The position numbers and the translations under genes were made by a program. From the human T2T-CHM13v2.0 reference genome, Homo sapiens, in assembly GCF_009914755.1 (NCBI RefSeq), contig NC_060928.1: a stretch of 64,000 nucleotides of DNA; one strand, 5' to 3'. A model generated the notes under the pieces. It saw only the letters and a program-made list of their open reading frames with translations. It did not search any database and was not told the origin of the DNA. This document shows positions 16,120 through 34,910 of this stretch, one piece after another; the stretch's first letter is position 1; the number at the start of each line of letters is the position of its first letter.

Positions 16120-17880
16120 ACGATCAATCAGGGCTCTAAGCTATAAACAGAATCTATTTGAGGTGGTTTCAAGAGAAAATAAATTTATTAATATATTAGG
16201 GGATTCCAAGAATTATCAGAGAACTGAAGAATCCACTTGGAGATATGATGCCAGGAAAAATACCTAAGTCTCCCCACCAAATTGTTCCCATCCTTCAGCC
16301 CTAGTACCATGAAAGCTGAGCCTAGGACAACAAGGCTCACTAGTATCTCTGTCACTGCTACCTCTAAACAGCTCAATATCTTGTCACTCAACATGCACAT
16401 TAGAAAGCAATTCCAGGCAAGAGCTGTTACCCTGCATTTCTCTGACCCTGAATTCATGTCTTACACAGATGCATCTGATCAATAAAGCCTAGGTCATATG
16501 CTTGTGCCCTAGCTGCAAGGAATACTAGGAAATTGAGTTCTGACTCTATAAAACATGAACATGCAAATTTATCCAACATTGAGAGGCTATTTGAAATGAG
16601 AAACCACAAATACAGATCAAGTCTATGCTTCCAATCAAGATCCTCAAACCTGACAGATTATAACTAAGCCTTGTACAAACAAGACTCTCTCTGTTCCTCA
16701 TATGGAGGTAAGAACCAGAGACTTATCAGTTATTGCACACAGCTCCAATATCAGAATCTCTCGGTGATATCCCCCTCCTTCCTGTTTTCTCATATAACCC
16801 ATGAAGTAAACTGCAAAAAGGGGGCAGCCTCCTGAGCAGCCAGGACCACAGGCTCACGCAGCCATGCCCAAAACACAAAAGTTAACTTTTGTGTTTTTTG
16901 TAGAGACAGGGTTTCACCATGTTGCCCAGGCTGGCCAACTCACTCTTATGGTAGTTCAAGTAAGGCCTTCTCCTATGAGACCTAAAATTTTTTGCTCATA
17001 CAGATAAAGTAGGATCTTAATAGGCTTCCTCTCTATTTTAGACGTAGGGATCCATGATCATTTAGTCACAGCCAAAAAGAATTCAAGTCAGTGCATCTCT
17101 GATCATCATGCCTGTCAAGCTACCTTATGAAAATGATGCCTGGACCTTACCTAGAATCTGGCCACACCCCCTGAAGTAAAAAAGACAATTTCAATGAAAG
17201 TATCTCCTCCAGCCTACAGACAAAAGCAATTGAATTACTTTTCATATATGCTGGCACTGCCCTCAAAGTATTTCTCATTAGGTTGGTGAATGAAGTGTCT
17301 TCCAGACCTCTTAGTAGAGAATACTGGAGAGGGAATAGGGGAGGTAAGTGAATGGTCACAGTGATAAATCCACTCCATCAGTTCTATTTCCTTTAATCTT
17401 TTGACTTCTTCCTCTATATTATGCTATGAGTTTTTAGGCATTCAACTTCATTTAGTATAAGTCAATGCTGAGACCAAAGGAGCAAACAATTAGAACCACT
17501 CCTGGCTACTTGAACGAGAACAATGAATTCAGAATCTCTGATAACTGCACCATACCAATACATTCAGCCAAATGCAAAAGCATGTTTCTTTCTCTCTCAC
17601 ATCATCATCATCACCCATTTCTGTACATATTCCTGAAGGTTTTGCTGCTTTGTCAGCAAAAAAAAAAAAAAAAAAAAAAAACTTTAAAAAAATTACATAT
17701 AATCCTTTTCTTCCCATTGTGACTGCAAAGGTGCAGCATGATATAGTCTGACTCCAGTTACAGGTATGGAAACATGAGTATCGTGGGAAGGGGTATGAGG
17801 AAACTAGCTTCCCCATGGATGGTAACTGTCTTAAGCAAGGTTGTTAACACAGGGAAGGATGGCTTCTGCTAGCAGGAGAG
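16120..17880. mobile_element. Degenerate MaLR (MLT1 LTR/internal) fragments with a short antisense Alu piece at ~16826-16935
   Basis: MLT1-like motif ggtcatatgcttgtgccctagctgcaaggga; the remainder is weakly recognisable. Confidence 0.4.
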
Positions 17881-18160
17881 ACTCAGAGTTTGGAGACTTG
17901 AAGTACTATGTGTCCGCAATTCCCCATATACAGAAATGTATTCAAAAGATTATTAGCAGCCAAAAATATCACATGTACAATTTAAAAAGTGGGTATTTAT
18001 AAATTGCAATTCTGTTTCCTCATATTTTCTTAAAATTAAGCAACATAAGATTTCTTCTATTTGGTTTTGTTACCATGCATTTGATTAATATTAATTATCA
18101 CAACTTCACACTAAGATCAGGCAGCATTATGGTACTCAAATTTAAGAGCAATTGAATTTG

Positions 18161-18178
18161 TGCCTCTAGAGGGCAGCA
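18161..18178 (+). promoter_or_regulatory. Candidate CTCF motif
   Basis: TGCCTCTAGAGGGCAGCA closely matches the CTCF core CCNCYAGRKGGCRS, in apparently unique AT-rich DNA. Confidence 0.5.
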
Positions 18179-19284
18179 TTTCTCACAGGATAGACAAGTC
18201 CGACTTAAAGTCACTGTGGAAGAAGCTTAAGACATGCAGGAAGACAAGCTTTAGCAAGTTTCTTTCTTGTAAGATATCTCAAAGCCTTTGATATATTAAT
18301 GTGCATGGTAAAATATTCAATAGGCCATTATTATGGTACACAGTGTTTCTTCAAACTTAATTACAGAACTCTTTCAAGGACCATCTCTAGTGACTAGCAG
18401 AATGCACTTTGGAAACCATCTAAATAGGCAAATTCTCTCAAGACAAGTTCCACTTCCTTCTTTATTCATGAACTTATGCTTCATAGGATTTTTAAAACAA
18501 GTTTTCAGACATCTCCTTATATTCTCATATCATGAGATCAAGACAGAATGAAATAAACATCAGCAATAACATTCATTTACTTCTGTAGAAATCAAAAACA
18601 TGGAGAACTTATTGCCTAACTTGCTCAAAGGATAAAAGCAAAGTAATAAAGAAAAAAAGGTTGGTGCTTTAATAACTAGTCAAGATATGGCCACTACTGG
18701 TTTTAAAACCACAGAGGAGTTGAAGTACTTAATTTTAGAAATTGTATATTCATCCAAATTCAGGATATTAAATATCTGAGCTCCACTGAAAATCTTTCCA
18801 CAATCCATGTCAACTGAAATTGAGCTTGCTAATCTAAAGTTTGTTGTAAACCTGATGAGATCTCGATAGGTCTCTACAGATGAACATTCTTTTTTTTATT
18901 TGTGAAAGAGCTATTAAACAAAATTACTCTCTTTTTTTGGTTTTTCACCCAAATGATGAAACAGTCTTTAGAATATAGATACTTTTCCACTCTCCAACTA
19001 CTCTAGTAACATACAGGCAAGCTATGATTTCAAATATGTATATCCAAATGCTTTTCTGATTAAATCCTTTTATCCATGAAAAATGTTTGAAATTTTTTCA
19101 TGCCTATAAGAGATGCCACAAAGAAAATGCAAGTAGTTCTAAGTAGCTCTTTCTAGGGTGCTTGATTCAGAAGTCCCCTTGGTACTGTTCCTATGACATC
19201 AGCCTGATCAAAAATGACTGTAATCTCTAGTCCCAAGTAACCAAAATACTTTAATCACATACATAACCAACTCTCAAAAGGTTT

Positions 19285-22112
<2,828 letters not shown>

Positions 22113-22904
22113 CAGTCACGCATCGCCTCATGACAAAGATACATTCAGAGAAATGTGTCAGGCAATTTCTTCTTTGTGTGAATATTACACAGTGCTTTTA
22201 CACAAATCTCCATGGTATAAACTATTGCTCCCAGGTTACAAACCTGTACAGCATGTTACTGTACTGAATACTGTATGCAACTGTAGCACAATGATATTAA
22301 CACATCTAAATATATAAAAGGTATATTAAAAATAAGGTATATAAAATGTAAAACGGTGCATCTGTATCATAAATTAAGCTAGCAGGACTGGAAGGTGCTC
22401 TAGATGAGTCAGTTGGGGTGGATGCATATGAAGGCCTAGGACATTATTGTATACTACCATACACTTTATAAACAGTGTGCACTTAGGCTGTACTAAGTTT
22501 ATTTTAAAATTTTTTCTTTCTTCCGTAATAACCTCAGCTTACTATAACGTTTTTACTTTATGAACGTTTTAATTTTTTGCCTGTTTTGTAATAACACTTA
22601 GCTTAAAACACATAGTAAAGCTATATAAAAATATTTTCTTTCCTTATATCCTTATTTTATAAGCCTTTTTCCTGTTTTAAAAAAAATTTTTTTAACTTTC
22701 AAAACTGTTTTAAGACACAAATATACACAATAACCCAAGCCTACACAGGATTAGGATCATCAATATCACTGTCTTCCATCTCCACATAATGTCCCACTGG
22801 AAGGTCTTCAGAGGCAATCACACACATGGAACTGTAATCTCCTACAACAACAGTGCTGCCTTCTGGAACACCTCCTGAAGGGCCTTCTTGAGGCTGTTTT
22901 GCAA

Positions 22905-23167
22905 TTTTTTTTTTTTTTTTGAGGTAGAGTCTCACTCTGTCACCAAGACTGGAGTGTGGTGGCGCTATACTGGCTCACTGCTACCTCTGCCTCCCAGGTT
23001 CAAGCAATTCTCGTGCCTCAGCCTCCAAGTAGCCAGGATTACAGACGTGCACCACCACACCCAGCTAATTTTTGTATTTTTAGTAGAGACAGGGTTTTGC
23101 GATGTTGGCCAGGCTAGTCTCGAATTCCTGGCCTCAAGCAATTCGTCCGCCTCGGCCTCCCAAAGTG
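22905..23167 (-). mobile_element. Alu (5'-truncated) in Tigger3b
   Basis: Antisense Alu ending at cctcccaaagtg. Confidence 0.88.
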
Positions 23168-23286
23168 AATTTATTTTTTTAAAGTTCAAACAGTGCATTC
23201 TAAAGTAACAACAGAAAGTGCAGTATTGTAAATATATCAACCAGTAACACAGTCCTTTATTATCAAGTATTAGGTACTGTACATAA

Positions 23287-23591
<305 letters not shown>

Positions 23592-23876
23592 ATGTGCTAT
23601 ACTTTCAGACGACTGGCAGTGCAGAAGATTTGTGTACACCATCACCACCACAAACACATGAGTAAGGTACAGCACTAAGACTTCATGACAGCTATGATAT
23701 CACTAAGCAATAGGAATTTGTCAGTTCCATTATAATCTCATGGGACACATTCTTCAAAATATCTTAATATCTCTAAGAGTTAGGTAAACAGGTAATATTG
23801 CACAGAAGATGAATAAATTGGTAGTCTTATTCCCTACCCCCACAACCTGAAACAATTTAAATGAAACGTATTATAG

Positions 23877-24033
23877 CAGTGTTTCTCAAACTGTAACATG
23901 TTTCAGGATCACCGAAGGGCTTGTTAAAATTAACTACTGCAATTAGGTGGATCCTGAGAAGTCTGCATTTCTAACCAGTTCCAATGTGAGGCTGATACTA
24001 TACTAGCAGGGGACCACACTTTGAGAACCACTG
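23877..24033. mobile_element. MER5A hAT MITE
   Basis: cagtgtttctcaaact ... cactttgagaaccactg terminal inverted repeats. Confidence 0.8.
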
Positions 24034-24914
24034 ATAAAGACAACTTACAGATAAAATCAATGTGCAATATGCACACTGATTGTGTAATGCACAATATGAA
24101 TGAATTCTGTGAAGCCAAAACAACATGGTCTATCTAATACCTTGCTTAGTTAAAATCTCAAATATCTAGGATCTGATGGCTGATAAATTACACACCACAA
24201 TGTTTCCCTTTTCCAACCATCTAGAAACTGCAAATTTGAAGTTGTCTATTTATTATACATAGGAGCATATGCATGTATTAGAAATTAAATGATCAGAAAA
24301 GACCGAAATATTTATAGACACTGAAAAGCCTAATCAAAAAGGTAATCTGGATGGATGGCAAATGACCCTCCCACATGGAAGTGAACTGAGAGTACCTGAG
24401 ACAAAGTCAAGATTTTTCTTTTAAAAAAACTTCTGAGATCACTACACCAAATAAATAAATGAGAAATGTAAACATTCCTATATCATATAATATTAGAAGG
24501 AAGCTCTTAGAAAAGTTTTTTAAATTGTTATTATCAAATACCGAACAAAATTAAGGAAAAAATTCAATTGTGTTCCCATGAAATAACATATTTGACACAA
24601 TGTAACTTGTGAAGAAATCCTCCAGGATTAATCAGTGCAAAATGAATCTGCTACAAATTAAACAGTCTGCTACAAAAAGAATTACCGTGTATAAACTAAT
24701 TTCTGTACATCAGGGTAATGTGTCCAGATCATCTAACACGGTTCTAAGACACAAAGACTTTTAAAAAGATGGTAAGATACAAGTACTGGGGGCAGGGGGA
24801 ATGGAAGAATTCCGATTTCCAGTAAAAGGAATCAATATTCCTTGGTGAAATGGCTGATTTCATGGCTGGGGCAGAGAAAAGCACAAGAAGAGACTAGAAC
24901 ATTTTGCGCTACTA

Positions 24915-25247
<333 letters not shown>

Positions 25248-25571
25248 GTTAAGCCCTCACAAAATGATGGAGACATGTCAAAAGGACCAGGAACCTCCTT
25301 GAAGAGGCTTCATGGGGCCAAACCTGGGATAATTAGAGCACCAAAATAAATAATGATGATAATAGATGAAATCCATAGAAGAATCTGTAAGTCCATCTGA
25401 TATAAGAGGGGAAAAAAAATCCGCGAGTCCATTCTGATATACATAAAACATTAAATAAATACATAACAAGGGAAAGTTCTTCCTTACCAAAAACCACTAA
25501 TGTAAATACAGAAGAAATGATGGAAACAGAAAATCACCATGACAAAATCATCAATAAAAGTTAAAGTCTGG

Positions 25572-25841
25572 GGCCAGGCAGTGGCTCACGCTTGTAATCC
25601 CAACACCTTGGGAGGCCAACACAGGATGGCTTGAGTCCAGGAGTTCGAGACTAGCCTGGACAACATGATGAAACCTCGCCTCTACAAACAATATGAAAAA
25701 TTAGCCAGGCATGGTGGTGTGCACCTGCAGTCCCAGCTACTTAACAGGCTGAGGTAGGAGGATCACCTGAGCCCAGGAGATTGAGGCTTGCAGTGACTCA
25801 TGATCGTGCCACTGCAAAAAAAAAAAAGAAAAAAAAAAAAG
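25572..25841 (+). mobile_element. AluJ with 3' deletion
   Basis: The right arm stops at gccactgc and runs into poly-A. Confidence 0.88.
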
Positions 25842-28127
25842 CAAGGAAGTTAAAAATTGGTAGAGTATGGTGAGAAATGTTAATTACCTGGTCCCAAAGT
25901 ACTTATTTTTAAGTACCTTCCCATAGGATACTTTTTTTTTTCCTTTTCTTAACCTAGAATCTGAATCAACACTACTTATGAATCACAAAGGAAAAAAAGC
26001 AACTAGAGTGGACAAACCTGATACCACCTTAACGAAAGGAACTGAAAATTAGTATCACTGATAACTGGACAAATCAGCATCATGTGCCTCTAAATAAGAT
26101 TCATAAAATCATTTTTGCAGTATTCTTAATCAAAAATGCTTAAAATTAATTGAATCATAGGAAAACATACAAACACAAATTGTGCAATATTCCACAAAAT
26201 TACTGACCAGTACTCTTCCAAAGTATAACAGTCACAAAAGGCAAAGAAAGACTGGAATTGTTTCAGGTTAAAGAAAACTAAGAAAACATGATAACTAAAA
26301 TACAACACGTGAATAATTTCATATTGTGATCCTGGACCAGAGAAAGGCCATTGGTGAGAAAATGGGTGAAATCTGAATAAAGTCTGTAGACTATCAGTAT
26401 TACATGAATGTTAATCTCCTGATTTTGATAATTTTTCTGTCACTGCATAAGATGTTAAATTTTGGGAACTTGAATGAAGGGCATATGAGAATTTACCCTT
26501 TATACTATTTTTGCCACCGTTTTCCTGAGTCTAAAAAAAAAGGTGAAACCACCAATCAAAACCAAACTGGCAAGTCAGGATACAGTCTCATTTTTCTATA
26601 ATGTCAAATTAATGTATGTATCTGTGAAGAAGCTAGTCTCGTCTCCTGTTAACCCAGACTTTCATGGTAATAACAAGAAAAACAACATGTTTTAGAGTAG
26701 ATATTGAGGTTAACGAACGTAAACTATTATTGCTTCCTGCTTTAAAAAAAAATGAAGGAATAAAGATAAGTCGATAACAATCATGAATAATCTTATATAA
26801 TTCCTGCCAAAATTTTTACAACAGTAATTCTCAACTGGGAACAGTACTACCCCTCAATAAGTGTTGGAGTTGTTTTTTGAATCAGTAAGTATATACAATT
26901 GTGAAACAATGACCTCACAATGAGGGAGAGGAACCAAGAAAGTTAGGACTGTCACTCAATGGGTTGTCCTACTGACACATACTCCCTACAGGATCATGAA
27001 GAATGTGACAATAGGTAGTCCATTTATTACTGCTATAAAATAGTCTGAGAGGCCCATATCTGCAGAACCTCCTGCTCAGTAAGGTTAAAGAGCTTGTTTT
27101 AAGTCACACATCCATTTAGGCAATTGAGCTGCGATTAAAACTGAGATCTCCTGTGCTCCTTAAAGTATAAGAGGGGAAATAAAGGGAAATAACACTTACC
27201 TAAATATAGCCATTAAGAAACATTCTCAACAGTGATGACTGGGTAGCACACAGACAAAGATGTTCACTGCAGCATTTTTCATACTTACAAAAAAATTGGG
27301 AACAACCTAAACGTCCAGTAAATTACAACACATCTCACCATTTTGGTAGAAGAGTTAGAATAATAAATGACTCTAAATGCTAATTCTCTTGTCAATAAAC
27401 ACTAAGTTATAAAAAGGATTCTTCTTTCAAGTAAAGTTATGTCAGTATATCTGTACTACTAAATTTTGGAAGAACAACTGCTGATTCAAGATGCCTGTGT
27501 ACTTTATTTTGATAAATACTGTCAAACTGCTCTCCAAAAAGGCCACAAAAATGTATACTCCCAACAACAGTATGAGAGTAACTTTCCCCCATATTCAAAA
27601 CTTACGTATTATCAACCTTTTTCATGTTTGTGAAAAATAATTTTTTAACCTTACTCATTGTTTTCAGAACAAGTAAAAAAGGGAGGAGAGAAAGAGGAGG
27701 GCGGTACATATGAAACAGTACCACAGATCTCTCCAGCCACAGGTCAAGCCTAATACGGGGCAAGAGGAGAAATAGACTTTTCATAACTAAAAACATATTG
27801 GGAAAGCTATGAGATTAATCCAAGGTGATGTTAAAAATCAATTAAGGAAAATGCAAAAGACAGTGACTGGGAAAAAAATGAAACTTTCATGAGTTCAGTA
27901 CTCACTGAGGTCAGTCTATTGAATAAGGCTAACCTCACGACATCCTTCGATATTACCTTTTGCTTTCATTTTTAAATTATTTTTTATGTAAAGAGTAAGA
28001 GCAAGGGACAGGGCTTTTTCCCCAAATGAATAGAAAGTTGCTGCAATATAAATTACCAAATAATCCATCTTCTCCCCCACCAATCTGAAATGCTGCCTTC
28101 GATATACATTAAATACCTACATATACT

Positions 28128-28292
28128 AGGATCTCATTCTGTCACCCAGGCTAGAGTGCAGTGATCACAGCTCACTGAAGCCTCAAACACCACGGTTAAT
28201 TTTTTTTTTTTTTTTTTGTAGAGACAGGGGGTCTCTTCATGTTGCCCAGGCTGGTCTCAAACTCCTGGGCCCAAGCCATCTTCCCACCTCAG
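28128..28292 (-). mobile_element. Partial AluJ
   Basis: Deleted antisense Alu. Confidence 0.8.
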
Positions 28293-29635
28293 ATGATCCC
28301 AAAAATAAAGTCTGGGATTTTATTCTTTTTCTCCAAAAAGTTGGCGACTTCTCTCCCCTTTTGCTCATAACATGCAGTATGAATATAACAGGAAGGATAG
28401 CAGCTTATTTAAAATCAGGAACACCTGGGTTAGCATCCTGACACAGCCCCCCGCCCCCCCCACCGAATCCCACCATGCCCAGTCCTCTGTGGAGTGCATG
28501 ACCATGGACAATTACTTAAAAGTTCTAATCCTCCATTTTTTCATCTATAAACAAAGTTTTTGAAAATCTATAGTTTCTTTTTTTTCTATTTATTTCCCTT
28601 TATCTCTTCCTTTATGCTTAAAAATATGGGTAATCAAATTTCAGGTGGATATATCTTTTGATTCAGCAATTTCACTTTTGGGAAATTATCCTGCAGAAAT
28701 ATTGGCATACATATGAAATGATACATGTACAAACTTATTCACTGTAGTATTATCTGTAATAGTGGACCTGGAAACAACCTAAATGTCCACCAATATGGGA
28801 CTAGTTTCAAAAACAATAGCATATTCATCACAATGGAATAAACAATACTATTATGAAAAAAATGAGAAAGTTCTCAGTATGCTAATATTAAAAGACCTCT
28901 AAGATCTACTGTGAAATTAAAAAACAAAGTATGTATACTACGCTTTTCTCTGTAAAATGTGAGAGAATATCACTATATATTTGTATTTGTTTCTAAGTGT
29001 ATGTGTGTGTAAGACATTCTGGAAATATTTTTAAGAATAAGTAAAAATATTTCATTTTTACCATTTCAAGCATGTAAAAAGGAGAAAAAGACTGACTATC
29101 TGGATTAAAACAAAAGACTCAGAAAAAAACAAACTACTAACAAAGTTAACCAGAAAATCAATGATTTGAATGAGTTCCTATGTATCAAATGTTCATTCAA
29201 AATTAAGGTTTTTGTTCACATTATATGAAACTAAATATTTCTTTCAATGGACCAAGGCAGAAAAAAATTTTGTTTTACTATACTGTTTCTTCTTTACTGA
29301 TACTTGTCTTTCTCAAATTCTCCATACTACACATACTCCTTAGTTTGGCAGTATTCAAATTCACTTTTTAAAAATTAGATCAGATGACAAGGTTATCTAT
29401 ATTGTCTACATAATTTTATAATTCATATATAGCACATATTTTAGACACAGTAAACAACAACAAGATGGAAAATAAGAGTGGAAAAGAAAGTAACTTGAAG
29501 TTACACTTTGTAAGACTGAATGCAAACTAAATATTTTTCTATTATGTTTATAGACAACAGGAAACCACTGAAAGCTTTGATAAGAATGGAGGACGATATT
29601 AAGAAATTAATGTTCTTGAAGAATGAATGTGATCT

Positions 29636-30430
<795 letters not shown>

Positions 30431-31044
30431 AAAAGCTGCAGGATATGCAAAGAGATCGCAGATAGTTAAAATAGAAAGCAACTACACTGGTTTAGCAATG
30501 AGTACATAAAAGCCATTGAAGTTTCTATTGTTAACCCTAATCCAGGGAAGCACCATTCAGGTTACTGTGCTCCAGAGTACTCCACTCACAGAGACCCTAT
30601 TGGAGGATACAGCCCGAGAAAAAGAATACATAAATTTAAACAAAGAGGTAAAAGAATTGTCAATAATAATGTATGTCTGAATGTGAACAGGAAGGAATTA
30701 TGACAAAAAAGAAATCTATTTTCTCTTTGATTTTAAAAAGCAACATTCCCAAAGAGGAAATTCAATAAAGTTTACCATTGGTTATCTCTGGACTGAGGAA
30801 GTGAGGACAATTTGTTGTCTTTTACCCAGACTTTTCCAACTCTTCAACAATGACATTACTTGTATAATGAAAATGTATAAAAATGTACTTACCTTTATAA
30901 AAATAAAAAACTTTACATCTCAACCATAGAAACCATTCTGAAACACTAAAGCCCTAACCTATGAGAGTCAAACAGTTGTTAAAGACAATTTCTTGTGGAG
31001 TCCACATGCTATTGTCTTTTCCTAAAAAGTTCATAATCTACATC

Positions 31045-31357
31045 TACACTGTCCACTAAGGTAGTCACTAACTAATGAGCACTTACTTGAAATGTGACTA
31101 AGTCCAAATTCAGATGTCTTGTAAGTATAAAATATACACTGATTTCAAAGATTTAGTATTAAAATAAGAATTTTAAATATCAAAGTCTTCATGGTTTTCA
31201 TATTGATTACATGTTAAAATAACATTTGGGATATATTGTGTTAAATAAAATATATTATTAAAATTAATGTTGGCTGGTTCTTTTTTTGCTTTATTAACAT
31301 AGCTACCAGAAAATTTAAATTTAACTATCTCGCTTGCATTCCATTGGACAATGCTGT
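31045..31357. mobile_element. MER33 (Charlie5-derived MITE)
   Basis: cactgtcca...ttggacaatgctg ends; same terminal motifs as the 19.3-22.1 kb element. Confidence 0.78.
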
Positions 31358-31632
31358 CTCAGAAGAAGCTAAGTGGGCTTTTTAAGGACTTCATTTGAGT
31401 CTTCCCTTGGGGTTCCCTTTCTCTTACGTTCTAAGAAGCAACATTCTTCCCAGAGCATTTCCTGCACCTGAAAACACTATACACACCAAGGAGCATGAAA
31501 CAAGTGATAAATATAAGAACTGACTAGAAGGGAAATCTTTCCTTCATGTTTCCTACAACTCATACTGTAATATGAATTCTCAACAAGAAATTCTGAGATT
31601 CTCAGGGGTGGGGAGGTATGTTCTCTAGGGGA

Positions 31633-32047
31633 TGATATAATTTGAATATTTGACACCTCCAAATCTCAGGTTGAAATCTGATCCCCAATGTTGAGGGTGG
31701 GGCACAGTGGGAGGTGCCTGGGTCATAGGAGCAGATTCCACATAAACAGCTTGTGCTATCCTCAAGGTAATGAATGAGTTTCCCCTCTGTAAGTTCTCAT
31801 GAGAACTGATAAAAAGAGCTTGGCACCCCCTCTCCTCTTTCTCTCCTTTCCTGCCTCACCATGTGATACCTGCTCCCCTTCACTCTCTGCCATGAGTGGA
31901 AGCTTCCTGAAGCCCTCACCAGAAAGCAGATGTTCTGACATCATGCTTCTTATACAACCTGCAGGAACCATGAACCAAATAAACCTCTTCTCTTCATAAA
32001 TTACCCAGCCTCGGGTATTTACAGCAACACAAAAAGAGACTAGGACG
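31633..32047 (+). mobile_element. MST-type MaLR solo LTR
   Basis: tgatataatttgaatattt...ctccaaatctcaggttgaaatctgatccccaatgttg ... ccaaataaacctcttctcttcataaattacccagcctc. Confidence 0.85.
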
Positions 32048-33067
32048 GGGGTATGTGACAGGTGAAAAGCCTCAGTAACACTATAAGATTATTTAGGAGC
32101 TGAGAATGTCAAGTCAAAAATACCTCTGTTTACGGTCCTGAAAAGACAATAAGTAGAAATATGGATGAGGGAGCTACACAAGCACGTATGGTTTAAGAGA
32201 GCCAACTCTGGGTATGCTGGAGAAAAGTTATCTTAGGCAAAACAGAGGTCAAGAACATCTAGGAAACATACTTAGAAAGCTTCAAGAAGAATCACTTTAC
32301 CCCCACACTGAAGGAATAAACCTAATGCCTAATAAAGAAACTAGGATTTCTCTAAGAACAAAGAAGAAAATATAAAAATTAAAAATAGCCTGTCTCCATC
32401 TCCTCTTTTTTCCTCACTGTTTAAAATACTAAAAAATGCAAACTAATTTGTAGTAATAAAAAAGCAGATCATTGATTGCCTGAAGCGAGGGTGCAGGGAA
32501 GGATTTAACTGTGAAGGGGCATGAGGAATCTTTTGAGGGTGACAGAAATGTCTTGTAGTTTACTGTATATAAATTATATCTCAATAAAATCAACTTAAAA
32601 TGGGGGGAAAAAAGCAACAATGCTTTACAAATCACCATTTGCCCATGGCAGTCACAACATAGCTGTCATTCCCTGTACACTTGCAAATTGGGTAATGGCA
32701 GTTTATATCACCATAATTATTACTAAATTCTGTACATTTAGTAGTACAATAAGAAGTCACGCTTACTTCTTAATTTTAAATGTCCTGTAAAATACTATGA
32801 TTCAGCATTGAAACAAAAAAGTTGTTTACAAAAAAGAACACAAACACAACAGTAGAAAATAAATTTGACATTTCTGAAGCAGATATTGTGGCTGGAAGAA
32901 TAACCACAACTCTCTTTTTTTTTTTTTTTTGCAAGGCACTGTCCAAGCAATAATGTGTTGTATCATGTTTTAATTCAACATTTTTTCTTCCTTAGTCATA
33001 CATAAAGTAAGAATTTGTCTTATATTTTAATCCAGCATTTTTCTTCCTTAGTCATACACAACATAAT

Positions 33068-33712
33068 AACTTGGCCACATGGCAAGAACATGGTGGCGGG
33101 GGTGGGCCTCTAAGGAGCTCAAAGTGGTCCCTGGCTGACAGCCAGCAAGCAAACAGGGACATCAGATCTACAAGAACAAGGAATTGAACTCTTCCCACAA
33201 CCGGTGAGCCTGGAGGAGAACCCAGAGCCTCAGAAGAGATAGGAGCCCCGGCTGATTCCTTAATTTCAGCCTAGTGAGAACCTGAGGAAAGACCCAGCTA
33301 AACCATACCCAAATTCCTGACCAATAGAAACTGTAAGATAAGCTGCTAAATTTGTGTTAATTTGCTGTAGAGCAGGGGTCCACAACTGGTACTGGTCCGT
33401 GGCCTGTTAGAAACCCGGCCGCACAGCAGGAGGTGAGCTGCAGGTGGAGTATTATCGCCTGAGCTCCGCCTCCTGTCAGATCAGCTGTGGCATTAGAGTC
33501 TCATAGGAGCACAAACACTATTGTGAACTGTGCATGCAAGGCATCTAGGTTAGGTGCTCCTTAAGAGAACCTAATGCCTGATGATTCATCCCAAACCATT
33601 CCCCACTGCCTCTCCTTCCCCGCATCCACGGAAAAACTGTCTTCCACAAAAATGGTCCCTGGTGCCAAAAAGGCTGGGGACTGCTTCTGTAGAGCGATGG
33701 AAAACTAATACC
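33068..33712 (+). mobile_element. MLT1-type LTR fragment split by MER1B
   Basis: ggctgacagccagcaag...ttcagcctagtgagaacctgag...gctgctaaatttgtgttaatttg, resuming at gcgatggaaaactaatac. Confidence 0.75.
33373..33686 (+). mobile_element. MER1B hAT MITE with 8-bp TSD CTGTAGAG
   Basis: CAGGGGTCC start, GGGGACTGCT end, and identical 8-bp repeats at 33365-33372 and 33687-33694. Confidence 0.9.
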
Positions 33713-33972
33713 ATACAGATGACCATTTAGATTTGAGGAAACATGGTTTATATTATTTCTCTTAAAGGCTGCTACTCTTTATCATCAAAACAATTTCTAA
33801 AACTTCACATTATTATAAGTGATGTAATTCAATTTCACAAGTCAGCAAGATAAGCGGTAATACTAATCTCAACACTGCACAGTTTTTAATTTTTAATTTT
33901 TTAAAGAAAGTGTAACTTCTAAGAATTTATTTCTTCCACCAAGTAGGCACACAAACAATACTGTAAACTTAG

Positions 33973-34296
<324 letters not shown>

Positions 34297-34674
34297 TAAA
34301 CCAATGACATATCAAAACAGAAGCCCAATCTTGGTCTTTATCCATTTCTAAGGAAGTGTAAATAAAGTTGGAGGGGTGGTTTTTTTAAAAAAGTTAATTT
34401 TGAGATCTAGCATGGCCACATTATTGGAGGCAATCATCCAGTTTCTAAGAACTTCGGTAAACTCGACTATTTAAAAAAAGGAAACACAGAAATCTGAATA
34501 AAGTCTACTATCTAATTAATAGTATAAATAAACAAATGGAATAATAATGCATGCTCTGCCAACCTCATATATAATTAAATGCCAATGAAAATAGCCAGTA
34601 CTTCTATGGCTCTTATTGTGTGCCAGGCACTGTTCTATAAATAATATATAAGAAATAAATTTACAGATGACACA

Positions 34675-34910
34675 GACAGTATAGAATAAAGATTAAGGTC
34701 CCAGGCTCTAGAGCCAGACTGCCTGGAAACAATCCCAGCTCCACTATTAACTAAAGGTGGGACCTTGACCATGTTTAACTTCTCTATGCCAAATTTTCAG
34801 CTATAAAATAGGGATATTAACAACACTTACCTCATAGAGCTATCGTGAGGACTGGATGAGGTAATACACATGAAGGACACAGAACAGTGCCTGTCACATA
34901 ATAAACACTC
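34675..34910 (+). mobile_element. MIR
   Basis: ggctctagagccagactgcctgg...aatcccagctccact...cagctataaaatagggata. Confidence 0.75.

Larger units (their letters stand above)
32640..33748. mobile_element. Kanga/MER104-like (TcMar-Tc2) fragment hosting nested insertions
   Basis: ctatgattcagcattgaaac...aaatttgacatttctgaagc and terminal ttagatttgaggaaacatgg. Confidence 0.5.
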
